DNA of 64,000 nt from Lama glama. Its lineage: Eukaryota. Made by a program: the position numbers and the translations under genes. Of this stretch, positions 24,170 to 36,317 are shown piece by piece. Under the pieces are notes generated by a model, which ran no database searches, was not told the origin of the DNA, and worked only from the letters and a program-made list of their open reading frames with translations. The DNA is taken from assembly GCA_028534125.1 (NCBI GenBank), contig CM052816.1:100070001-100134000 (forward strand). The letters run 5' to 3'. Each line of letters opens with the position of its first letter. Positions within the stretch are counted from its first letter, which is position 1.

Positions 24170-24413
24170 GTGTGCACAGCATAGCAATTCAGTTATACAC
24201 ATACATATATAAGCTTTTTCTTTATAGATTATTACCAGACATTGAATATAGTTCCCTGTGCTGCACAGTAGGAGCTTGCTGCTCATCTATTTTATAGACA
24301 GTGGTGTGTATCTCCTAATCCCAAATTCCTAATTTATCCCTCCCCCGCCTTTCCCCTTTGGTAACCATAGGTTTACCTTCTATGTCTGTGGGTCTGTTTC
24401 TATCCTGTAAAAG
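24170..24413 (-). mobile_element. LINE-1 3' UTR (cetartiodactyl type), antisense segment
   Basis: ttcagttatacacatacatata...gacattgaatatagttccctgtgctgcacagtagg...ctaatcccaaattcctaatttatccc...tttggtaaccatag is the reverse complement of the artiodactyl L1 3' end. Confidence 0.9.
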
Positions 24414-24962
24414 TACCTCACACGGATCAGAATGGCCGTCATTAACAAGTCCACAAATCATAAATGCTGGAGAGGGTGTGCAGAAAAGGGAGCCTTCCTC
24501 CACTGTTGGTGGGAATATAATTTGGTGCAGCCATTACGGAAAACAGTATGGAGATTCCTCAAAAACCTTAAAGTAGACTTACCATATGATCCAGCAATCC
24601 TACTCCTGGGCACATATCCAGAGAAAGTTCTAACTTAAAAAAGATACACGTGCCCCTAGTTCACAGCAGCACTATTTACAACAGCCAAGACCTGGAAGCA
24701 ACCTAAATGTCCATCAACAGATGACTGGATAAAGAAGTTGTGTTGTATTTATACAATGGAATACTACTCAGCCATAAAAAAGAATAAAATAATGCCATTT
24801 GCAGCAGCATGGATGGACCTGGAGATCATCATTCTAAGTGAGGTAAGATAGAGAAAGACAAATATCATATGACATCACTTACATGTGGAATCTAAAATAT
24901 GATACCAGTGAACTTATTTACAAAACAGACAGACTCACAGACACATAAAACAAACTTATGGG
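24414..24962 (+). mobile_element. LINE-1 ORF2 C-terminus plus start of 3' UTR, opposite orientation to the adjacent L1 piece
   Basis: ORF 24432-24638 (..[53 protein letters not shown]..) is the L1 ORF2p cysteine-rich C-terminal region. It is followed by caatggaatactactcagccataaaaaagaat and cattctaagtgaggtaag. Confidence 0.95.
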
Positions 24963-25590
24963 GGCTCTCTGTGTTCTTAGTCCCAGCTCACTTGAGAGCG
25001 CCAACAGGTAGAAGTGGGCTTGACCATCAGATCACACAGACATGATCTGGATTCTTAGCACACAGGGTAACTGCAGCCAGAGGGCTCAGTGAGTTAATGA
25101 TTCGGCAAAAGATTTGGTTAGAGGGACAGAAAACAAACAAAAAAATCGCGTCAGTCTGAAGGGGACTTGGATACACAGCCTAAAATGTGAAGTACAAACA
25201 GGAGGGGGATTGGAAAAGATAATAATGAACATAAAGAGCACGTGGCTATAAAACGTGGAGGGCAGTCTGGAGCCACGTGCCCGGCAGCTAACTGATAAAA
25301 ACGTTCTTTCTAAGTCGTGCATTGTTTGTAACGTTTTCAACTTTTACAAATGTGGCACTTTGTGATTTCTTTTCTTAGTCTAAGTAAACACTCACTTCCG
25401 CACCTGGGGGAGAAAAAGAGGACACTGTCTTCTTCTCACTCTCCAAGCGCGTTTCTTCCCGCGCGCAGCGGCTGGTGTGCCCCCCAGAGCTGCGGCACCG
25501 GCCTCACTTGGGAAGGAGTCTTTGCAGGTCCCGTTCAGATCTGGAGAGGAGGCCACCCTGGTTTAGGGTGGGCCCTCAAGCTAGTGACAA

Positions 25591-25931
25591 GTGTCGGTGT
25601 CTTGGCTCGGGCGGCCAAAACAAATTCCTTAGACTGGGGGCTTTAAACAACAGAAATGCTTTTCTCATGGTTCTGGATGCCCTGAGTCCAGGGCCAAGGT
25701 GCTGGCCAGTCTGGGCCCTGCTGAGCCTGGCTCCTGGCTTCCAGGTGGCGGCCTTCTTGCTGCGCCTCACAGGGCCTTCCCTCATCTGTAAGGACACCAG
25801 TCCTTTTGGATTAAGACCCACTCTCATAACTTCCTTTCACCCGAATTACCCCCTAAGGGCCCATCTCCGAATCCAGTCCCATCAGGAGTGAGCACCAACA
25901 GGATTTTGAGGGGACGCAACTCAGCCCATAT
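25591..25931 (-). mobile_element. MLT1A-like ERVL-MaLR solo LTR
   Basis: aacaaattccttagactgggggctttaaacaacagaaatg...ctcatggttctgga...taaggacaccagtcc...ggattaagacccactctcat...attttgagggacgcaactcagcccata. Confidence 0.85.
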
Positions 25932-27769
25932 AAGAAGCAGAGAAGAGGGGAGGGGACAGAGGCGGTGGGCACCAGGAGGGAGGTGAGGGTGGGATTGTGG
26001 TGCCACAGGACAAGGAGCTCCTGTAATTCCAGAAGCTGCAGGAGCTAAGGTGGGGCTTCTCCCTGGAGCCCAGGTGGGAGCGAGGCCCTCCCGCTGCCTC
26101 GCCATCGGCCCTCTGCCTCGGGAGCACGGACGACACACTTCCATCACACCAGCTTCCGGGTTTCCGGTGATGTGTCTGGAAGTCACGGGAGACTAGCACT
26201 GCAGCTGACCTCCACATGCGGACCCCTTCACACTGACTGCCCCAGCGGAACAAACGTGCTTCCAGTTTCAACAGAGAAATCCACACATCGCATGCCATCG
26301 CCAGGGGTCACTGTCAGGAACCTGCTCCAGCAACTGGAGTCAGCACAGGTGGTCGCCACAGATGCCGATGCCTGGAGAAGGAGCCCAGGGCCCGCCCACA
26401 GTAGCGCGGCCTGGAGGAGAAAGCCCCCGCACCCACGTGGCTCTGCGGGTGGACGTCCCCTTTACTCAGTCAGGGGGCAGGCAGATCTCAAAAAGCTCCA
26501 GCCGGCTGAAGCTTTCCATCCAGAGCATCTGAAATGACTGTTGCGGGTCAATGGGCGGGGCCAGGCTAGCAGCTTCAGACCAGAGAGGCATAAGGAGCAG
26601 ATGACCTGGCCCCGGCCCCCTGTGCTGACCGCTGTCACCTGAGCATCCTTCCTCCTTCCCTGGCTGCTCTCCCTGTGCCGTCTTCTTGGACCAGCAGCCA
26701 CGCACAGCCCCATCCCGCTGACTGTTTCCGTGTGGATGGGCCAGGGGACACATAAGTCATTGTCATTGCCGCACTGAGAGCAGCTCTGAGACCCCACCTC
26801 AGAGCCAGGCTGCTTCTGGGCTGCAATCTTAAAGAAAACGAAACAAGCAACAGACAAATAACAACAAATAGCAAATAACAACAGCCATGAGGCTCTCGGC
26901 TGGTTATTCCTACGAGGCCTTTATTAGGTCCCTAATTGTGCTCAGCATCGCCCTCCACTCCACGTCGAGAACAACCATTCTTACCCTTGGGCCGTAGACC
27001 TTTCTTCCCCCAAGGTTTGTTATCAGCTCTCCCTCCTGAGGACCCTTTGGCTCTTTGCTTGGACAGCCAGCCCCACTGCAGGCATGGCTTGGAGGGAGCC
27101 CTGCTAAGGCCCATCTTTTCTCCCTCCCCCCTTCAGGCATCGACCTTTGGAGGCCTAGTGTGAACACCTGCGCTCCAGCCGAGAAGCAGCGCCTCCCCCT
27201 GGTTTCACCCGCACTCACCACGGGGAGAGTGAGGAGGCCTCCGTCTGGGTCACAGGTGGGGTCTCCACGGGGAGGATGGATGGCAGGAGGCAGCCCAGGA
27301 GCCCCCGGGGCAGAGCCACCTGCCCTGTGTGATTAGATCTCAGCTGGACCCCCGCTTCACAGCTCGAGATGCGGACTTACATGGAGACATTCTCACTCAT
27401 ACAATCAGAGGGGTGTCTCCAAATTAAGGCAAGAGCCCTGAGCTCTGCAGATAGGTGTTTTGAAATCACACAAGCGCGCACGTTAGACTTCTGGCTGGCT
27501 GTCTACTTCCTGCCAGTGCGAGGCTGCTTTCAGCTGCACGTTCTCCTGGGTTGTGTGAACTCCACCTTGAAGGGTTCAGGCCATCGGGTCCCACTTCCTC
27601 TGGGAGATTCTTCTTTGGGTGAAGAAGCCTCACTTTAGACCAGCCCTTCTTCCCACAAGACCCCTCCAACCAGGGGCTCAAGGACCACCCTCAGCTTGCC
27701 CCTCAGTGGTACTGCGAACTCTGCGATAGTCCAAGGGAGAGACAGGGATTCCGTCAGGGTGTGTAAGGA

Positions 27770-27850
27770 GTGAGACGGGGCGCCCCCAGCCAGGTGAGAC
27801 GGGGAGCCCCCACCCAGGTGAGATGAGGGTGCCCCCACCCAGGTGAGACA
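27770..27850. repeat. Minisatellite, about 24-25 bp unit (ccaggtgagacggggagcccccac), about 3.3 copies
   Basis: gtgagacggggcgcccccagccag / gtgagacggggagcccccacccag / gtgagatgagggtgcccccacccag / gtgagac read directly. Confidence 0.85.
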
Positions 27851-28423
27851 AAGTGAGCCTTGGGCTACAGGTCACGTCCACAGCACATCTATTCTTCAGG
27901 TCCAGGAGAATGTGTCTCAGATATTTGAATGCAGGGCCATGACCCCAATCCTCCCACATCTAAAATCCCGCTGTCCCATTGGGCCAGGCTCTCTGGAGAT
28001 GTGTGGTTGATACTCTCTGTGTTGCTGGCCCGTGCATGGTTCCTGGGTTTCCGAATCCCCAGGGATTTGTTTCTTCATCACAGAGGTGGCCCTTCATCCC
28101 TCTGTGGCCTCTGTGATGGGTGGCACCGTCCGGGGGTGCCGTCCCAGAACAGGCAGACCATTAGGGGACATCTGAGGAGATGCTACGCCCACTCACACTT
28201 GTCACTTCTGTGCACTCAGTCACTTTAGGGCTGTGAAGGTGAATTTCAGAGAGGGCTTCCTGTCCCCAAAGAGCTGTCCGCCTCACCTCAAAGTTCACTC
28301 CTTTACAGCTACTGCTTCTCCTAAGATGCTTACCTCTACGGGTCTCAGCGAGGAGCTTGCTCCCTGGAGAAGCGAGGCGTGGCCTTGAGAGGTCTGCAGA
28401 GCTGGGATGCAGGGGTCTAGGGG

Positions 28424-28560
28424 GTGTATTTATCTCCTATTGGTGCTGTAATAATGACCACAGATGAACCACACGACTCTTACTGTATCGTCTGGAGCTC
28501 AGACGTCCGCAGCAGGCCTCAGTGGGCTACAGTCAAGGTGTGGGCCAGGCTGTCATTCCC
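28424..28560 (-). mobile_element. MLT1 LTR terminal fragment
   Basis: tgtatttatctcctattggtgctgtaataatgaccaca...tctggagctcagacgtcc...ctcagtgggctacagtcaaggtgtgggccaggctg resembles the MLT1D/E end. Confidence 0.6.
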
Positions 28561-29439
28561 AGTTGCAAACAGGCGTGACAGTCTTGGAACCCAGACCCAT
28601 GCCGCTCCCTCTCAGCCATGCCCACATGGTGCCCCTGGGCTCCTCCAGCCCCTCCGTCCTGCCCGGGAAAGTGGGGGTGGAGGGAGCTCCAAGGAGCAGC
28701 CAGAACCCTTGGAAATCAGCCTGGTGGTGTTGTCCCCAAAGAGCCCCTCAGGTCCAAGCTCTGAGATGACACCCAAATGCGTTATCTTGTCAGAGGAGTA
28801 GAGGGGAGGAGGCCGAGCTGCTTCCAGGCTGGGCCCCGGGGGCCCCATGGCTTGGTGACTGTGTATTTCAGAGACGCAGCCGTGGCTCCGGCACCAGGCG
28901 GGCGGCGTTTCCATTCAGGGCGAACGGAATCCGAGGGTGGTGAGCCTCGTAATTACCAGCAAATGTGACTTCATGGGCAAGTTCATGAGCTACTTTAGGT
29001 GGATGGGATCTGTCCTCTGCTCATTGGCTTTGACTCTGGGAAAGCGCATTTCCTGCAGGTTCTTGAAGAAGGAACCCTGAACGTGGATTTGTTTAAGTCA
29101 GAATAATCTCAGACATTTTGTGTTTGTTCTTTACTTTGACACAAGTTGCAAATAAGCCATCGTTATAGCAGTGCCAAGTTTTTATCTTTCATCAACTAAG
29201 TGTAAAAGGAAGACGTAAGTCACTGGTTACAAATGTCCCTGGAAGCAGCCGTGGTGATAATGCCATATGGTGAATGCTTTGGAAAAGTGCTTCCTTTTTT
29301 TCAAAGTCGCAAAATAATTCCTGGGTTAATTTTTAACGAGTTTCTAATTAATTAAACTCAACAAATTATTATTTATATTAAGTTTTTAATATATTAGATT
29401 GTAAGAGATACTATTATATGTAATTATATTAACATTACA

Positions 29440-30087
29440 CAGGCAGACCTTGGAGACATTGTAGACTGGGTTCCAGACCACCTGACAAAGCAAGTATCAC
29501 GATCAAGGGAGTCGCACAGAACTTTGGTTTCCCAGTGCGTATAAAAGCCAAGTTTATGCTATGCTGTAGTCCATTAAGAACACAAAAGCATTCTGTCTAA
29601 AAAAAAAAATACACCTTTTAATTTAAAAGTACTCTGTTGCTGGGAGGCGGGGGGCACAGCTCAGGGGTAGAGCACGTGCTTAGCATGTAAGAGGTCCTGG
29701 GTTCAAGCTCCAGTACCTCCATTAAAAAAAATTAGATAAACATAAAAAAAGATTAAAAATAAATAAATGGAAATTTAAAAAGTAAATGTCAATCTTAAAA
29801 AAATACTCTATTGCTAAAAAAGTCACTAACCGTCATCCAAGCCTTCCGTGAGTCGTAGCGGTGACATCCAGACCACTGGTCGCAGACACCGTTACGACCG
29901 AAACACAAGTGAGGACGTCTGACGCGTTGCGGGAATTGGTAAAACGTGACACATAGACACAAAGTGAGCAAATGCTGCTGGGATAGCGGTGCCGATAGAC
30001 TTATTTGATGGACGGTTGCCACAGACCTTCAACTTGTAAAAAAAAAAACTGCAGTGCCAATGAAGGCAACACAAGCAGGTATGCCTG
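29440..30087 (-). mobile_element. Non-autonomous Tigger1 derivative (TcMar-Tigger), interrupted by a SINE
   Basis: TIRs caggcagacct (29440-29450) and aggtatgcctg (30077-30087), with TA after the right end. Internal ggttccagaccac, tttggtttcccagtgc, gtgagcaaatgctg and ggttgccacagaccttcaa match the Tigger1 ends. Confidence 0.85.
29642..29798 (+). mobile_element. tRNA-derived SINE (camelid type) with A-rich tail and target-site duplication
   Basis: A-box/B-box head (agctcaggggtagagcacgtgcttagcatgtaagaggtcctgggttcaagctccagtacctcc), A-rich tail, and a 17-bp TSD aaaagtactctgttgct (29625-29641) / aaaaatactctattgct (29799-29815) with 2 mismatches. Confidence 0.9.
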
Positions 30088-32243
30088 TATAATTATATTT
30101 AAAATTATACTAAGTTACTAAATCGCGAAGCCCCCGTGCGGCTGTGTCCCTGCTCTGAAGGCACGTACGCTGCTGTCTACGGCGCCACGCTTTCTACAGA
30201 CACAACCCGAGGACCACGCCTATCGCTACATGTCACACCTGTACCGAGAGAGGTGGCCGTGTGCAGTGGGTGGCAGCGCCTGAGGTGGGTGGAATGACAC
30301 AGCCCTTGTCCTGGGAGTGCGGGGTCCCATCAGAACGCTGACTCAGGACTGAAACGAAGGCAGTGCTGGGAAAAGGGGGGTCTCATGACAGCAGGGGTGC
30401 AAACCACGCGGTCACCAGGGTGTCTGCTGGAAGGCGAGTCTGAGCTGGGCCTTCAGGCCGCGTGGCCTCGCAGAGCAGCGGCGGTGGGACGGATGCTTCT
30501 CGGTGGAGAAACTCCGCACAGGAAGACAGGCACGAGCTCTCACCGACGTTCGGGGGAGAGTGGGGAGGCTGGCGCGCGGCACCTTTCCCGAGCGGGGCTG
30601 GCGCGCCTAGCGAAGCTGACGCCACACTGTTGTTCTCGGCGGTCTGTCACACGGACACATACCGTCGCCAGTGGGACAGGCCAGGCTTTCTGCACCTGCG
30701 GCAGCGTTCTTTTCTGACTTCGGTAAAGGCATCCTGACCTCTGGCCTCCTATCTTCTCAGCCAGCACTCCAGTGCACCTGGCGCTGGTGGCGACGGCCTT
30801 GCACTCTGTTGGAGCTGAGTGAAGCTGTGCCTTCGCCCTCTGCCCCTCGGCATCTGATGCACGTGCCCCAGCGGTGTGGTCGGGGCAGCCTCCAGAGAAG
30901 CTCACCCTTCTGTTTCTGCACATCCACGCCGAGCGACTTAAGGCTACCAAGCCATGTCCTGGCAAACCTTTGTCGTTTCCTCCTATAAGCCAAGCATAAA
31001 TTCCGCGGGAGATGACAGATGACTTCATATACCATGCAAGCAAGCCCAGACAATAGCTTTAGCCATGACTGATTGCCTGGCTGTAACCCACTTTATGTTA
31101 AATGCATTCTTGCTGTCCAATCCCCCCGCTGTAATTCTGTTCTGCATTCTCTGGCCCTCTGCGGACTAACCAGGTTCCTGCAGTAATGATTTCTTTTCTA
31201 TTGTATTGTTTTCTGCATAATCAAGTCGGTAGGTGGGGGTTTGGGTGGCACGGCCATCTGTCAAGTTCATTTGCTCTGAAAATGCAAGAACTCATGGTCT
31301 CTGCAGCGCAGGGCTGTCCGCTGTCGGGGAAGGATGGCAGCCTTGGCCCCGCACTGTCTCCTCGTCCCTCCAGACTGCATTTCTCTTTCAAAAGGATGCA
31401 CGTGCGCGTCCTCCTACGTGATGGCTGTTTACGTGCTTGGGTTCCTTCCGGAGGGGAAAGTCATTGTCTACCTACCGCTTGTCCACCCTCTCTTGCATTT
31501 TATGTGGGAATCCAATTAAGCAAAGCACCGCCGTCCAGCCTCGCCTGGCGGTCGTGAGGCTGAGGGCGCCGCCACCTGCTGAGCCCTCCTGGCTCCTTGC
31601 TCTCTGGCTCCTCTGACAGGCCGCCCCTCCCTCAGGCCCACACGACGCAGAGGCATCGGGAGACCGTGTCGCCAAGGAGGGGAGAGCTGTTGTCACTGCC
31701 TGTCTCAAAATAAACAGCTGAAGTCACAGGCTGGTCCCCCCCGACGGGGTGCGATGGAGCCTGCGAAGCAAGAACGAGGCTTTGGGGCACCAGCTGTTTT
31801 CTTCCCGTTTAAAGGAACTAGAATAATTTATGAAAAGAAATTTGTAAGCTTCTTCTCTAAAAAGGCATGATGTGGAGAAGATTAAAAGCTGATAGAGAAA
31901 ACCCTGAGCTAATGAATCCTGCTAAATTAAAGCACTGTGCTCAAAGGTGACGGTCAGCTGTGGAGACACCTTTAGTATGCTTTGTAGTGGTTTTGATGTC
32001 TCCGAACCATCTCTAGACGTCAGGAAGGACCAGTCGGTGCTCAGAAGCCCTTTCCAGTTGGCTCCCTGGACTTCAATGGATGTGCAAAGTTGTACCCTCA
32101 CCCCAAGATGCAGAAATGTGGTCTCTTCCTCGGTGTTGAGAAGAGGGTCCACGTTCGGCCAGCGCCTCCTCTGTGCAGCGACGTGGAGCCCATGCTGCAC
32201 GGAGGGGCTGTCTCTGGAGGGGCTGTCCGGGAGCTCAGGCTGG

Positions 32244-32666
32244 TGCGTCAGTCAGGGAGATCGGCTGTCTGCCTGTCTGTCCATCTGTCTGCCTGTCGTC
32301 TATCAAGAGAAAGGCACGATGAGGAATTGGCTCACACGTATGTGGAGGCTGGGAGGTCCTAAGGTGTGGCACCTGCAAGCTGCAGGCCCAGGAGAGCAGG
32401 TGCTGTGGTTCCGGTCCAAGCTCCACGGCAGGAAAAGATGGGTGACTCAGCTCAGACAGCTGAGCCGAGAGAGAGCGCTCCCTTACTCTGCCGTTTGTTC
32501 TACTCTAGCCTCCATCAGACTGGCCGAGGCCCACGCACTGGGGGATAATGGTCTGTTTTACTCCATCAAATGTCCATCTTGCCCCGAAGCACCTTCGCAG
32601 ACACACCCAGTGTCACGCAGAATTGACCACCTGGGCGCCCTGTGGCAAAGAGAAGCGACCATCGCA
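32244..32666 (-). mobile_element. MLT2 (ERVL) solo LTR
   Basis: tgcgtcagtcaggg...gaggaattggctcacac...tggaggctggga...ctgcaagctg...tttgttctactc...aggcccacgcactggggg...gcagacacaccca...accatcgca is the reverse complement of MLT2B/D. Confidence 0.85.
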
Positions 32667-35600
32667 GATGACACTGCCCTGGTTTCTCCCCGTATGGGAT
32701 TCCGGGGAGACCTCTGTCTCACTCTGAGAGCAGGAGCGTTCGGGGACCACCCCGCCCCCGCACCGTGATGAGAGCAGTTGCCTCAGACTCCTCACCTGGA
32801 TTAACTGCTGCTGAGAACAGGGAAGCGGGGAGAGCTTGTGCACATCACAACGAGCCCAGAGCCGCAGGCACCTTCACGGAGAGACGGGGGGAAACCGGTC
32901 CCTCCCTCGAAGGGGGAGCCTGCAGTGACGGCGTCCCCTTGCATGAACCAGTGGCGAGCCTCTCTGGCTTTGGGAATCCACCCTTGTTAAAATTCCACAC
33001 TTCAGCTCCAAGCAGGGTGACTCAGAAGGCATTTTTGGCGAATAGTGAGTCCTTCAAGGGACCCTGAAAAGGGTTTCCATGCAGTGGATTTTGTGCAGTG
33101 TTTTCCACGCGCTTGAAGTAATTCTTTCTGGATTTGGATAGCTCTAATCCTGCAACAATTGAGTTACTAATTTCAATTTTCTTTCCAAAATTGAACGTCA
33201 CTCAGCAAGACTGGCTGGTTTCAGCCCTGGCTGTAGGAAGAGCGGTGGGGAAAGAGCTCACAGCACAGAAACAGCTCCAAGTAACAGGCTCCCGTGGGCA
33301 GCTTTGTGTTAAGTCGCAGCACTGGCTACACATCAGGTGCAGACTCGCTATTTCGTTATTCTGGGGTCATGATGATTGGCCGTGAATGAGCTGCTCAGTT
33401 CATTTATTAGCCAGATTCTTTTAGATATTTTACTGCCCCTAATTTGTGCTAATAGTAGACATTATCTGAGGAGTTTTAAAGTATTTAGAGATATGAGGTC
33501 AAATCCATGAATAGACCCGGATGTCTTGCTCAGTGGCGTCGGGGATGAAAGGGAGATGGAGTTATAAAAATGCACCATAGCAACAGCTGCCTGTCGGATG
33601 CGTGTTGCCAGAACATCTTCCCGGGTGAGAGGAGGAGCCCTTTGGAAAGACACGTGTTGTCCATCCAGAACATTCCTCTGTTCGCTCGTGGCTTCCAAAA
33701 GACCCTCCGCGGGATTCTAGCATATTCCTTTACTTTGGGAAGTCTACTGTTAATGGTAAAATATGTACATAAAATACAAAAGGGAACACAAACAGTGACG
33801 ACCCCAAGTGCCTCTCAAGCTGAAGAGACACCCCGCCCCCTGCAAAGGGAAATGCAAGCTCCAAAATTCTATGTCGCCAGGACTCTGGGGGAAAGAATTG
33901 TTTGGCATCAACCAAGTTGTCGCTTTCAAAATTCCTAAAACCTTCCCTCCGAGCCTGACAGAGCGTATCAAGCAGGTGACTTATCAGCCCGGCTGGTCAA
34001 CCTGCCCCCACCTTCCCTGGCGCCGTGTGATCCTGCCTTTTGGTCCCTTTGCGTGGGCGCGTGATTGACAGGTACGGACATGCATTTAGGCAACTTACCT
34101 TGATGGACTTCACTTCCTCCTTATTATTCAGGAAATGCTCAACTCAGACCGTGATAAATGGGGGGAAAATAAGGTCAATTAACTATCTTGTTACTAAAAC
34201 CCGTCCCCCTTCTCAGCCCATTTGTCCTCTCTCACCTGCGTCTCCCCGCCCCCGGCCCCGTGCCCCTCTCGGGGGCCTTGTGGGCCCTGTGCGGACCCGG
34301 TGTGGACTTGAGGCATTAATTAATCACCCGGCACCGCTGGTGCCAGCTCCGACCCCTGGATGCACCGCCTCCCCCAGCCTCAGCTGGGGTCTTGCTTTCC
34401 AGCTCTCCCTTCACCCTCTCTCTTGTCTTACTCTTTCCCAAGGGACTTGGACTTGCATTTGCAAAGAGACACAGGACAGGGTCCCGGCTCTGTCCCCAGG
34501 GCAGGCAGGAGACACGGCGCACCTGTAAGTGCACACGCTGCAGACTGCATGGCCCGACCACGGCCACTCGGGCACACAGTGCTGGAGAGCCCAGATGCTT
34601 CCTGCGTCCACGCCCGCGGTGCTTCGGGACACCTGCAGAAACAGCCGAGGATGGGAAGCACCTGCAGGGGCAGTGTGTCGCTTGGTGCCAGCCTGACACA
34701 GGCGTAAAGTGGAGAAACGGACTCAAAGTGCAGTGTGATGATCAACGCCCAGAGCCACCGGAAGCCACCTAGTGAGTCTCCTCGCCACTGTTTGAAAGTA
34801 TTTGGACATTCTGCTGCACAGCAGGGGTCTGTCCGGCTGGCTGTTTACATGTGACCGTGAAAGCCAGAAATCCCTTTTTTCCTTCCGTTGTCTCAGCTCT
34901 GGTGCAGGTGTGTTGTCGGGCACATAGTTACTGAAACCAAACCCAGGGTTTGGTTGGATACATATATCCAGACCCTCACATGTTACAATTCTGAAAGCTG
35001 TGTGTAAATGGTTGGATGGTTTCAGATTGTCTAACAGCCCAAGTAGGACGAGCACCAAACAGCTAGTTTCCGATTCATCACACCTTTCATGAGTTGGTGC
35101 TTGAAATCACTATACGTGTTACTTAACTCTACTTGGTTAAAAGAATGATGAAAGTTATCCTTAAGGTCAAACCTGTTTTTTCTTGCTTGTTTAAAATATA
35201 TTGTTATCCAACTTTTTGCTCCATGTGTACTTTCTCAAGCATGCTACAAATGGGGAAGAGTTTGGGATGCTGTGGGCCAGCTCCAAAGTGCCTATCAAGT
35301 GCGAAGCACTGGGGTGTTTCCGTGAGGCTCGCACTGGTCCTCTTCATACCTCGTGCTGGTCGGCAAACCTGAGCACGACTCTTTCTGTGGGTGAAATAGC
35401 CTGTCGCCAGGAATGCTAGTTCTAGGAATTATAGCTTGTTTTCTGACTTCTAAAACGATACAGAGAGCTTATAGAAAGACGGTAAGATAGGACAAGTGTT
35501 AATCGTCCTCCGTGTCACACCCCAGGCCCCACTTCAATACGAGCCGCTCTGTGTCTTACGTGTAGGCAGACATTCGTGCCCTGACTGCGGGGACTTTTAT

Positions 35601-35809
35601 CCTGTGATTCATAAAGAGTTTGAAAAGGGACAGACCCTCAGCAGACATTTCTTTCGGGGCTCCCAGTGTGCCTGCCCTGCCCGCGCCCTCCTCCACCCCC
35701 CACGGAGGACACCGTCTCTCTAGAACGAACCCTGAAGCAACAACATAAATGTGCCCCCGTTCTCGGCATGTGGCACACGCATTGCCTGTGGGACTTGACG
35801 TGTAGGGAG

Positions 35810-36317
35810 GTGCAGAGGGCTGACTCGTGCCCCCTCCCCAAAGAAGCGTCCAACAGGAGCCTCGAACGTGACCTGACTTGGAAAAAGTCTTTGTGGCTGG
35901 AATTAAGTTATGGATCACGAGCTGAGATCGCTGAGACGGGGGCTGGGATTAGACCCCCATCAGGGGTCTTCAGCCTTGGACTTGGAAGGTCATGGTGGAG
36001 AAGGTCCCCTGGGAGCAGCGTCCCTGAGAGACGGGCCCTGGTGGACACCATTCCAAAGGGACAGGCAACAGCTCTGTTGCCCTCAGCCCCTCAAAGGGGA
36101 GATCTGAGACGCAGGCACGCATGCGAAGGCAGGACAAGCATTTCAGTGACGCGGCCGCCCGCCCCGGAGCAGCCGGAGACACCGGACGGCAGAGCAGGCA
36201 AGGAGGGGCCTCCCCGGGGGTCTGGAGGCGGGTGGTCCCCGGCCGGGAGCTGCGACAGAGGGGACCCCCATGGTCCAAGCCGCCTGGCTCTTGGCGGCAG
36301 CGCGGGAAGCTGGCGTG
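35810..36317 (+). mobile_element. MLT1 (MLT1B/C-like) solo LTR, strongly GC-shifted
   Basis: ctcgaacgtgacctgacttggaaaaagtctttgtggctggaattaagtta at the 5' end. The 3' end is only loosely recognisable (gagctgcgacaga...aagccgcc...ggcagcgcgggaagct). Confidence 0.55.

Noticed and set aside
27770..27850. CRISPR-like short direct repeats (also 59713-59763)
   Set aside because: The units are contiguous tandem copies with no unique spacers, no cas genes are present, and the DNA is mammalian.
29650..29722. Possible tRNA gene
   Set aside because: It has A/B boxes but is followed by an A-rich tail and flanked by a TSD inside a transposon, so it is a SINE.
31563..31582. CTCF-like motif (reverse tcagcaggtggcggcgc)
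   Set aside because: Single imperfect match in very GC-rich sequence, not distinguishable from chance without a matrix scan or ChIP data.
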